A stretch of 10,794 nt of DNA, from the NCBI GenBank assembly GCA_043804695.1, contig JAZDIV010000130.1:1-10794 (forward strand). Reading direction: 5' to 3'. This DNA comes from PVC group bacterium (GTDB taxonomy: Bacteria > Auribacterota > Erginobacteria > Erginobacterales > Erginobacteraceae). The translations under genes were made by a program, and so were the position numbers. Under the pieces are notes generated by a model. It was given only the letters and a program-made list of their open reading frames with translations, searched no databases and was not told the origin of the DNA. This document shows positions 1-6,449 of this stretch, piece by piece. Each line of letters starts with the position of its first letter. The stretch's first letter is position 1.

Positions 1-25
1 CGAAATGAATAATGTCGGATTTCAT
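1..25 (-). CDS. Possible 5' end of a gene running off the left edge (MKSDIIHF...)
   Basis: The minus strand reads ATG AAA TCC GAC ATT ATT CAT TTC, open to the window edge. It is preceded by TTGCTG-N17-TAAAAC, with no Shine-Dalgarno. Only 8 codons are visible. Confidence 0.3.
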
Positions 26-87
26 ATCAGTTTTAACTTTCGGTCTACAAAGCAGCAATTATTAGTCAGTCCATAATTATATAGACA

Positions 88-261
88 TGTCATTGCGAGG
101 ACCCTGAGCGAAGCGAAGGGGACGAAGCAATCTGATGCGAAGCATCATCCCGAGTGAAACGAGGGATCTTAATTTAGTTTGTATAGATCCTTCGCATACG
201 CTCAGGATGACACCTTCGGTGTCAGATTGCTTCGCCCTGATGGATCAGGGCTCGCAATGAC
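88..261. repeat. Composite REP-like palindromic element (outer GTCATTGCGAG family with a nested inner element)
   Basis: Outer arms are tgtcattgcgag...cgaagcaatctga (88-135) and tcagattgcttcg...ctcgcaatgac (222-261). Inner arms are tcatcccgagtgaaacgagggatct (145-169) and agatccttcgcatacgctcaggatgac (185-211). Confidence 0.85.
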
Positions 262-343
262 TGGTTAAGGTAAAATTGATTTATTTCCCGCTTGGAGTAG
301 TAAGTACGGTTTTTCCCTATTGAATTAAAAATGCCCAGACAGA

Positions 344-2242
344 ATGACTGAGAATCAAATCAAAAGACCTCTCTTGATTCTCATCCCCCTGGGGATTGTT
401 CTTTTTCTCCTGGGAGTCTATCTGCACCTGGGGGGGATAACGGCCGCTGCGGGGATTATCTACGGGGATGACGGCGACGGCTTTTTTAATATCTGGGTGA
501 TGGATCACGCGGTCCGCTCTATTGAGCGCGGAGGGGCGGATATTCTGGACGGCCGGATCTTCTGGCCCGAAAACGAAGACACCTTTCTCTGGTCGGACAA
601 CCTGTTCGTCCCCGCAGCGGGATTCGCGTTTTTCAAGGCCGCGGCCGGAAACGTGCTGACCGCCTTCCGGCTGACCGCACTGGCTCTTTCCCTGCTGGGT
701 TTTGCGGCGTACTTCTTCGCGTTTTACCTCCTCTACCTCGTCGCCCGGCAGATCCTGCCGGCGGTTCCCCGGTGGTTATCCCTATTTGTACCGATCTTTT
801 CCTATCTGGCAACATTCTCCGCCAGCAGGCTGATCTATTACGCGCATTTTCAGAATCTTTCTTCGTTCTGGCTCATGGTCATGGTCGGCGGCGGAGTCGG
901 TTACTGGCACTACCGGCGGAGAATATTCTTCACCCTGATGGTTATATCCGAGGTTCTGCTCCTCTACTCGACACCTTACTTTGCCGTGCTCGGGCTGTGC
1001 TTTCTCTTCGCCTGGTTCCTCCTGGAGAGCTGCCTCGATCTCCGGGAGATCCCCCGGATTATCCGCCAGAACCTGCCGGTCCTGATCGTCTGCCTTCTAT
1101 TATTCACCCCGCTGGCTTTCTTATACACCCGGATCGAGAAAAACATCTTCACCGCCGAATATGTTCATCAGATGGGGATGAAGATATTCCATCTCTACAC
1201 CCCTTCCTCCGGCCCGGTTAAAAACCTTTACGAATCGATCTTTCCCCCTCTCCTCGGCGTCTCTCATGAATCGCCGGCCTATCCAGGAATCGGCGTCATT
1301 CTGGCGGCGGTGGGAATCATTATCTGGAGACTGCCCTCTCTCCGGCGGTGGCTCTCCGGAATGATCCGAAAGCCCTGGTTCTGGTTTTTACTGATGGCGG
1401 CGATAGGTATCCGCCTGAGCGGGGGACAATGGAAGGAATACGCCTGCTGGATGGGGGCGGTTATCCTGGCGGCAGTTCTTCTCCTCTACGCGAAAGGAAT
1501 GGCCGACCGCGCCCGGAAATCGCCGCTGGTGCTTTACGCCGCCTATATCGCCCTCGCCGCCCTCTTTTCCTACGGCCTGGCCTCGGGCCCCCGGAGCCAG
1601 TTCATCGACCAGCCGATCAACCCCTCCCTCTGGGGCCTGGCGGCGTTTTTCATTCCGGGAGCGGCCAGCATGCGGGCGGTCGGAAGGATGGCGGTGATCG
1701 GGCAGGGATTGATCCTCTCGCTCCTCTTGCTCACCCTCTGTTATCTCTATTCCCGGGCGGAAAAACGGGGCCGGATAATTTTATCAATCGTGGTCTGCAT
1801 CCTGATCGCGTTTCAGTTCATCGAGGGATTGTCCGCCCGGGCAGTTGTCAATCGCTATAATCCGGATGATCTGGCCCCGACCACGGAAGAAAGGGCCTAT
1901 TTTGCCGGCATCTCCGGTCCGGTGGCGGTCTTCCCCTCCATCCCCTTTCAGGCCAGCACCCGGCCGATGCTTTACTTCAATCACTTCCCGGACATTTATC
2001 TGATGAACGGCTACTCAGCCCGGTCGACCGCTCTCTGGGACCGGGTGATGGGTTTGGGAAGAATCTGGAGGGAGCCGGGGGAAGAACAGATGGCATTCCT
2101 GGAAGAACAGGGAGCACGCTACTTCATCCTCTGGAAGGACCTCATTAACTGGAGGCCGTTAAAGGCCATCCGGAAAGAGCGGCGCCCGATCCTCTTTGAA
2201 AATGAACGCGTTCTGGTACTGGCCCCTTTAAAGGAGAAATAA
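344..2242 (+). CDS. Polytopic membrane protein, probable GT-C-fold (YfhO/PMT-like) glycosyltransferase
   Basis: 632-aa ORF with many hydrophobic segments. An acidic loop follows the first TM helix (GDDGDGFFNIW), with later HESPAYPG and MRAVGR motifs and a soluble C-terminal domain containing MNGYS. The gene is well supported; the function is inferred. Confidence 0.7.
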   Translation: MTENQIKRPLLILIPLGIVLFLLGVYLHLGGITAAAGIIYGDDGDGFFNIWVMDHAVRSIERGGADILDGRIFWPENEDTFLWSDNLFVPAAGFAFFKAAAGNVLTAFRLTALALSLLGFAAYFFAFYLLYLVARQILPAVPRWLSLFVPIFSYLATFSASRLIYYAHFQNLSSFWLMVMVGGGVGYWHYRRRIFFTLMVISEVLLLYSTPYFAVLGLCFLFAWFLLESCLDLREIPRIIRQNLPVLIVCLLLFTPLAFLYTRIEKNIFTAEYVHQMGMKIFHLYTPSSGPVKNLYESIFPPLLGVSHESPAYPGIGVILAAVGIIIWRLPSLRRWLSGMIRKPWFWFLLMAAIGIRLSGGQWKEYACWMGAVILAAVLLLYAKGMADRARKSPLVLYAAYIALAALFSYGLASGPRSQFIDQPINPSLWGLAAFFIPGAASMRAVGRMAVIGQGLILSLLLLTLCYLYSRAEKRGRIILSIVVCILIAFQFIEGLSARAVVNRYNPDDLAPTTEERAYFAGISGPVAVFPSIPFQASTRPMLYFNHFPDIYLMNGYSARSTALWDRVMGLGRIWREPGEEQMAFLEEQGARYFILWKDLINWRPLKAIRKERRPILFENERVLVLAPLKEK

Positions 2243-2267
2243 CCGCAAAGACGCAAAGGACGCAAAG
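2240..2267. repeat. Short tandem repeat (cgcaaag x3), one arm of a 9-mer-type palindromic repeat
   Basis: The sequence aaccgcaaagacgcaaaggacgcaaag fills the gap between two convergent stop codons. No complementary arm is present nearby. Confidence 0.7.
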
Positions 2268-2269
2268 TT

Positions 2270-3010
2270 TTAATTGCAATTGCGAAGCGAGGAGCCTGGT
2301 ATTTCCAAGAGAATGTCAACTAATTCTCTTGGATGGGTCACCATTATATCGTGAGGACCGGCTAATCTCTTGTATGACCAACCTGCTTCCTTGGCCCTTT
2401 CAAAGGCACTTTCATGAGATTGCCTTAAGTCCCCTCCCAATTGTATATCACAAATGAGATACGTCTTCGGGATATTAGCCGTTGCAACATTGGTGATCTT
2501 AATCGGCTCCGCATAACATTTGTAAGGCATCGGCGTGAGTCGGGGAGCCACCCACGCGACATCAGCTGGATCGTCAACTCCGAAAGCCTGTGGTGTTGGA
2601 GGTGTGATCACCTTTATCTTTCGGCCCGCAAGAGTGATTTCTTTTGCTCTAGATTCTACTCCGGGCAAAATGTCGAGAACAGTCTGTCCATCGAGAGGCA
2701 CTAATGCGTCCAGGTACACAAGATGAGCGATCCGCTCCGGAATAATCTCAGCTACTCCCGAAATCACCATCCCGGCATAACTGTGCCCGACCAACACGAC
2801 ATCATGCAAATCCTCAAACTTTAAGACTTGCACGATGTCGGTGATATGAGTAGAAAGGTTCACATCGCCGGTGAGCAAATGACTCCTTTCGCCTAGTCCC
2901 GTAAGGGTGGGAGCAAGCGCTTCAACGCTCTGCTCACAAAGGACATCAACTATTTTCCGCCAACACCAGCCGCCATGATAAGCTCCATGGATCAAAACGA
3001 ACCGAAACAT
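2270..3010 (-). CDS. Alpha/beta-fold hydrolase (esterase; Abhydrolase_6 / SABP2-methylesterase-like)
   Basis: Motifs are FVLIHGAYHGGWCW, the nucleophile elbow GHSYAG, LVYLDA and a C-terminal catalytic His in GPHD. The start is moved to ATG 3010, which follows the purine-rich RBS gaaaggaagagggaa. 246 aa. Confidence 0.92.
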   Translation of the reverse strand: MFRFVLIHGAYHGGWCWRKIVDVLCEQSVEALAPTLTGLGERSHLLTGDVNLSTHITDIVQVLKFEDLHDVVLVGHSYAGMVISGVAEIIPERIAHLVYLDALVPLDGQTVLDILPGVESRAKEITLAGRKIKVITPPTPQAFGVDDPADVAWVAPRLTPMPYKCYAEPIKITNVATANIPKTYLICDIQLGGDLRQSHESAFERAKEAGWSYKRLAGPHDIMVTHPRELVDILLEIPGSSLRNCN

Positions 3011-3030
3011 TTCCCTCTTCCTTTCGTTGC

Positions 3031-3107
3031 CGCCAACACAGAGCCGAGCGGACTCAGCTCTGCGATAGGCGGCGCTGGCTCTATCCTGCTGGAGCAACTT
3101 GTTATGT
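3031..3107 (-). mobile_element. Degenerate integron attC-like site
   Basis: The minus strand reads R'' ACATAAC, a 5-nt spacer aagtt, L'' gctccagc, an internal stem agagccagcg/cgctcggctct, then GTTGGCG just before the hydrolase RBS. The L' box is missing or misplaced. Confidence 0.55.
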
Positions 3108-3155
3108 CATGATGGTTTGCTGCAATTTGCGATTGAAGTTCCAAAATACGTTGCA

Positions 3156-3201
3156 AAGATCCCTGCCGCTTCATGCGGCAGGTGAATCAATTCATCAGCT
3201 A
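3156..3201 (+). repeat. Hairpin+TTCAT unit 1 (IS200/IS605-end-like)
   Basis: aagatc-cctgccgc-ttcat-gcggcagg-tgaatcaattcatcagcta, with an 8-bp stem and 5-nt loop. Confidence 0.8.
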
Positions 3202-3218
3202 AAATCATTGCCCCCCCC

Positions 3219-3264
3219 AAGACCCCCGTCACTTTATGTGACGGGTGAATGAGTTCATCGGCTA
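3219..3264 (+). repeat. Hairpin+TTCAT unit 2
   Basis: aagacc-cccgtcac-tttat-gtgacggg-tgaatgagttcatcggcta. It is 35/46 identical to unit 1, with three compensatory stem changes. Confidence 0.8.
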
Positions 3265-3305
3265 TCCCGATTTACTACAACCTACGATGGTTGGGGGCTG
3301 GCGAT

Positions 3306-3349
3306 TAACTTTTGAACTTTCTCCCCTGCCACACGAGGTGGCAGGGGCC
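3306..3349 (-). repeat. Hairpin+TTCAA unit 3 (inverted); could also act as a + strand terminator
   Basis: The minus strand reads cccctgccac-ctcgt-gtggcagggg-agaaagttcaaaagtta. On the + strand the hairpin is followed by tttttgtttt. Confidence 0.7.
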
Positions 3350-3371
3350 GTTTTTGTTTTGCTGCCGAATG

Positions 3372-3415
3372 TAGCTGTTGAACTTATACTCCCCGAGGAT
3401 AAACCTCGGGGGGGT
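3372..3415 (-). repeat. Hairpin+TTCAA unit 4 (inverted)
   Basis: The minus strand reads ccccgagg-tttat-cctcgggg-agtataagttcaacagcta. Confidence 0.75.
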
Positions 3416-3447
3416 AATTAATCACATAACCTCCACTCCTATTGAAT

Positions 3448-4635
3448 CTATTCTTTCCGCTTGATCGGGGAGATAGAGAGCCGGCAGGCTTCTTCCTCGG
3501 TATAGAACGGCGCTACCTGTTCCGACAGCGGGGCGGGGAGCTTGCCAAGTTGGAGCGCTTTCGTCAGCTTTACGATATTGAGCGACGATAATTCCCTCCA
3601 CCGGCCGGCTTCCTCAATCAACCGCTCGAGTTCCTTTCGCCGTTCATCTTTAGCCGGGGGAAAATGCAGTTCTTTTGTCCGCCTGATATGGATCTTCCGG
3701 TCGGTACCGAAGACGACTTCATACCCGAAGGCTGCGCAGTACTCGATGACGGCGTCCCTGACGCGATCTTTTTCCTCTTTAAGGGTATGTTCTTCAGCCA
3801 GGAGACCGGCATACCGGTCGACCAGTGTGCGCCCGTCATCCTCTTTTAATGCCCGGGGCGGAAGTTCTTCCAGGTGAAACTGATGCTTCCAGAGCGGACA
3901 GATATTTTTGAATTCACACCAGTCACAGAGGGCGCTCCGCTTCGGTTCGAACTCAACCGTGGACTCAATCCGGTCGATAATTTTATTGGTCCGGACCAGC
4001 AGTTCTTCCAGGTCACCCGGGCTGCGGGTTGAGCAAAGCTCCCGGTCGAATACCAGGTAATGCCAGATCAGGATGACCTCTGCCACGTCATTCCACCTCT
4101 TTTCAATCCCCAGCTGGTAAAGAGCGAGCTGGCGGTCGCGGTCGACCGCCTCCTGTGGGGGGAGCGAGCTTGAGGTCTTATAGTCGTGGATCTCATAGAT
4201 ACCGCCGTCCCGCAGATCAAGGCGGTCGATGAAGCCTGACAACGTGCGGCCCCTGCCGAGATCAATCCGCACACGCTCCTCGATTCCGATTGTCCGGCCC
4301 CCGGCGAACGGGTGATAACGGCGGTAATAATCATCTACACACTTCCTCCCCTTTCGCCGGTAGTCCGCGGGAGAATACTCCTTTTTGATCACACGGATGC
4401 TCTTTTCCCAGGCTTTCTCCCAGACAACCTCGTAGAGATCGAGCAGTTCTTCGAGGGAGGGGCACCGGGTCATCAGAAGGTCCCGGTAAAGGGTCTCCAG
4501 GGCCTCGTGCACGCAACTCCCCATGAAGGCTTCAATGGTCGTTCCCAGGGTGGGCGTCAAACGGTCCCGGTATTTATATTTATACTGGAGGGGGCAGTTT
4601 TCAAACGTCGAGATTCGGGTATGAGAATAATTCAT
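3448..4635 (-). CDS. Solo Cas4/RecB/AddB-like PD-(D/E)XK nuclease with predicted 4Fe-4S cluster and C-terminal extension
   Basis: Motifs are YSHTRISTFENCPLQY (Cys1), GSCVHEALE, GFIDRLD...IHDYKT (PD-(D/E)xK core), QLALY and CDWCEFKNIC (Cys2-4). Start at ATG 4635 after GGAGG. 395 aa. Confidence 0.9.
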   Translation of the reverse strand: MNYSHTRISTFENCPLQYKYKYRDRLTPTLGTTIEAFMGSCVHEALETLYRDLLMTRCPSLEELLDLYEVVWEKAWEKSIRVIKKEYSPADYRRKGRKCVDDYYRRYHPFAGGRTIGIEERVRIDLGRGRTLSGFIDRLDLRDGGIYEIHDYKTSSSLPPQEAVDRDRQLALYQLGIEKRWNDVAEVILIWHYLVFDRELCSTRSPGDLEELLVRTNKIIDRIESTVEFEPKRSALCDWCEFKNICPLWKHQFHLEELPPRALKEDDGRTLVDRYAGLLAEEHTLKEEKDRVRDAVIEYCAAFGYEVVFGTDRKIHIRRTKELHFPPAKDERRKELERLIEEAGRWRELSSLNIVKLTKALQLGKLPAPLSEQVAPFYTEEEACRLSISPIKRKE

Positions 4636-4688
4636 TATTATTATTTTCCTCCGGAAAAAAATATCAATTCCGAAGCAGTAAGACACTA

Positions 4689-4838
4689 TTATTAATCAGT
4701 CCATAATTATATAGCCATGTCATTGCGAGAAGCGCAGCGACGAAGCAATCTGAACTCTATGCAAAGCAAGAGATTGCTTCGCTGCGCTCGCAATGACCGC
4801 GATCGTTGATGAAAATACTACAACGGTCGGATTAATAA
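4689..4838. repeat. MITE-like element containing a GTCATTGCGAG REP-like palindrome
   Basis: The core gtcattgcgag...cgaagcaatct / agattgcttcg...ctcgcaatgac spans 4719-4797. Outer imperfect inverted repeats are ttattaatcagtccat (4689-4704) and acggtcggattaataa (4823-4838), matching at 13/16. Positions 4688-4729 match 58-99 at 40/42. Confidence 0.75.
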
Positions 4839-4840
4839 CA

Positions 4841-4849
4841 TGATATCCT
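4841..4849 (+). promoter_or_regulatory. Putative extended -10 promoter giving a leaderless transcript
   Basis: TG-a-TATCCT lies 7 nt upstream of ATG 4857, and there is no Shine-Dalgarno. Confidence 0.45.
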
Positions 4850-4856
4850 ATCGCGC

Positions 4857-5414
4857 ATGAAATCAGCTATTGTATTCCTGATTCTTTTTCTTCCCGCGGC
4901 CGGTTCCGCGTATTCGAAGAACATCCAGTTCGAGGATTTTGACTGGGGGATGACGCTCCTCCAGGTCGAGGCGCGGGCGGCGGAGAACAATTATGACCTG
5001 CGGATGAAGGAGATCACCGGGCTGAAACCGCGCCTCGAGTACAGGACCTTCCTGAGGGGAAAAGACTGCGTCGTCACCTTTTCCTTCACCCCGATCGGCC
5101 AGAAGTTGTATTCGGCCACGGTCGTCTGGGATCCCCCCTCATTCGGTGTCTTCGTGCAGGAGGAACTGAAGAAAACATACGGGGAGCCCCGGGAGAGTAT
5201 CCCCGGGGCCAACTTACTCGTCTGGACCCGGCTGAACACGGAACTGGAGCTGCTCTACGGCCGGGAAAACACCCGACTCGTCTACAGCGATATCCACCTC
5301 TGGAAGGAGGGCCTGGACGAAAAGAAGATGCTGAGGGAACAGGCGAAAGAAGCAGAGGAAGCGGAAGAAAAGAAAGGGGAGCAGGAGTCCCTGCCTGAAG
5401 AGGAAGAGGATTAA
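4857..5414 (+). CDS. Exported hypothetical protein with acidic C-terminal tail
   Basis: 185-aa ORF with a signal-peptide-like N-terminus (MKSAIVFLILFLPAAGSAYS), an FEDFDWGMT start to the mature domain and an E-rich tail. Confidence 0.8.
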   Translation: MKSAIVFLILFLPAAGSAYSKNIQFEDFDWGMTLLQVEARAAENNYDLRMKEITGLKPRLEYRTFLRGKDCVVTFSFTPIGQKLYSATVVWDPPSFGVFVQEELKKTYGEPRESIPGANLLVWTRLNTELELLYGRENTRLVYSDIHLWKEGLDEKKMLREQAKEAEEAEEKKGEQESLPEEEED

Positions 5415-5452
5415 CCCGATTTATTCATAATACAATGGGGGCTGGGCGGAGG

Positions 5453-5492
5453 TAGCCGATGAACTCATTCACCCGTGGCGCGAGGCCATGTC
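5453..5492 (-). repeat. Hairpin+TTCAT unit 5 (truncated stem)
   Basis: Positions 5453-5476 are the exact reverse complement of 3241-3264 (24 nt). The residual stem catggc-ctcgc-gccacg overlaps ATG 5488. Confidence 0.8.
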
Positions 5493-5970
5493 AAAGGCAG
5501 AGCATAATAAGGAAACCGGGAGAGAAGAGTTCTCGCTGGTATTAAGAGACGGGGATAAAGTGATTTTCTCTTCCCGGAAGCGGGGTTTACGGCCTCTGCT
5601 GGAGTGTGTCGCGGCCTGCGCCGGGAAATTGCGCGGCGGTTTCCTGATCGACCGGGTGACCGGCCTGGCCGCCTCGCGGTTAATAACCGCCAGCCGGATG
5701 ATCAACCGTCTCGAGGCGGGGGTGATTTCGGAAGGAGCGGTCCGTCACCTCAGGGATCATTCAATCCAGGTCGTCTGGAAGCAGAGAACGGACATTATCC
5801 GGAAATCCGGCGGCGCCGGGGTCTGCCCGATGGAAGAACTCAGCCAACGCCTGCCTGATGATGGGGATTTTTTCCCCGCCGTCTTCAGGCATTTTTCCAT
5901 GAATATCCCGATATCTCTTTTAAAAATTCCCGAAAATAAAAAAAATGCCCTTCACCCGTTTTACGGGTGA
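5488..5970 (+). CDS. DUF1893 (TM1506-like) domain protein
   Basis: The motifs GLRPLL, DRVTGLAA, VISEGA and CPME occur in the order typical of DUF1893. The exact start is uncertain. Confidence 0.8.
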   Translation: MSKAEHNKETGREEFSLVLRDGDKVIFSSRKRGLRPLLECVAACAGKLRGGFLIDRVTGLAASRLITASRMINRLEAGVISEGAVRHLRDHSIQVVWKQRTDIIRKSGGAGVCPMEELSQRLPDDGDFFPAVFRHFSMNIPISLLKIPENKKNALHPFYG

Positions 5971-5985
5971 AGGGCATTTTTTTTA
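5937..5985. terminator. Bidirectional rho-independent terminator
   Basis: Perfect inverted repeat t-A8-tgcccttcacccgt-ttt-acgggtgaagggca-T8-a, located where two genes converge. Confidence 0.9.
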
Positions 5986-5989
5986 AGGC

Positions 5990-6310
5990 TTATTCACCGT
6001 AGACGGTGGTAGTCACCTTGCCGTAGACGCCGAGGATGCTCATGTAATCAACATCGACGTGGTGGATTTTGGTGATCCCAACCGACTGAGCGGCGGTCTG
6101 AACGCTGGCATCGCCGGTGGCGACGCAGATGATGGCCTGCGCTTCAGACTGGCCGACTTTTGAAAAAGTGGCGGTTGATTCGATGGCATAGCCAGGGCCT
6201 TTGACACCGGTGTAGATCGCGCCCATAATCGGGGCACCGACCGGGGAGATGCAGCCGGTGACAGCCACAGCCAGCACGGCCAACATACCAACAATTAACA
6301 ATCCCTTCAT
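5990..6310 (-). CDS. TRL-like family lipoprotein
   Basis: Signal peptide with lipobox AVTG|C. The C-terminal ATGDASVQTAA..GITKIHHVD...SILGVY..VTTTVYGE is typical of TRL-like proteins. Strong RBS AAGGAGG. Confidence 0.85.
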   Translation of the reverse strand: MKGLLIVGMLAVLAVAVTGCISPVGAPIMGAIYTGVKGPGYAIESTATFSKVGQSEAQAIICVATGDASVQTAAQSVGITKIHHVDVDYMSILGVYGKVTTTVYGE

Positions 6311-6398
6311 TCTTTCCTCCTTTTAAAATTTTCCTGATGGAAAATTTTAGTTATGGGGATGACAACGCCATCCCGGTTTCTGATAGTACGATAGTAAC

Positions 6399-6426
6399 AT
6401 CGTATCGTTTTATTTATCCGTGTCAA
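6399..6426 (-). promoter_or_regulatory. Sigma70-type promoter for the TRL-like gene
   Basis: The minus strand has TTGACA (6426-6421), a 16-nt spacer and TACGAT (6404-6399). It overlaps the palindrome TACGAT-N6-ATCGTA (6387-6404). Confidence 0.6.
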
Positions 6427-6449
6427 CCAAAAATTTTTCTTTTCACCAT

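Noticed and set aside
772..1860. Alternative-frame ORFs of 149 and 170 aa
   Set aside because: They are nested in the 632-aa gene and have the Pro/Arg/Gly-rich composition typical of off-frame GC-rich sequence.
2243..2267. c-di-GMP-I riboswitch suggested by GACGCAAAG
   Set aside because: The flanking stems are absent, the site lies between convergent stop codons, and a tandem repeat explains the motif.
3011..3097. 29-aa N-terminal extension of the hydrolase
   Set aside because: It runs through the attC-like hairpin. The family motif and RBS support ATG 3010.
3156..3415. Canonical CRISPR array next to a cas4-like gene
   Set aside because: The 63-66 nt period is CRISPR-like, but the units are divergent and in opposite orientations. 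The gaps within pairs are only about 17-22 nt, and there is no cas1/cas2.
3420..3441. RBS-like AGGAGTGGAGG followed by ATG-TGA on the minus strand
   Set aside because: There is no reading frame after the ATG. It could be a relic gene start but cannot be supported, and it overlaps the proposed G|TT junction.
4636..4686. 17-aa N-terminal extension of the nuclease
   Set aside because: GGAGG lies just before ATG 4635, and the conserved YS motif starts there.
5448..5545. 28-codon ORF from ATG 5459 with an upstream GGAGG
   Set aside because: The ATG is part of repeat unit 5 and out of frame with the DUF1893 gene, and there is no other coding evidence.
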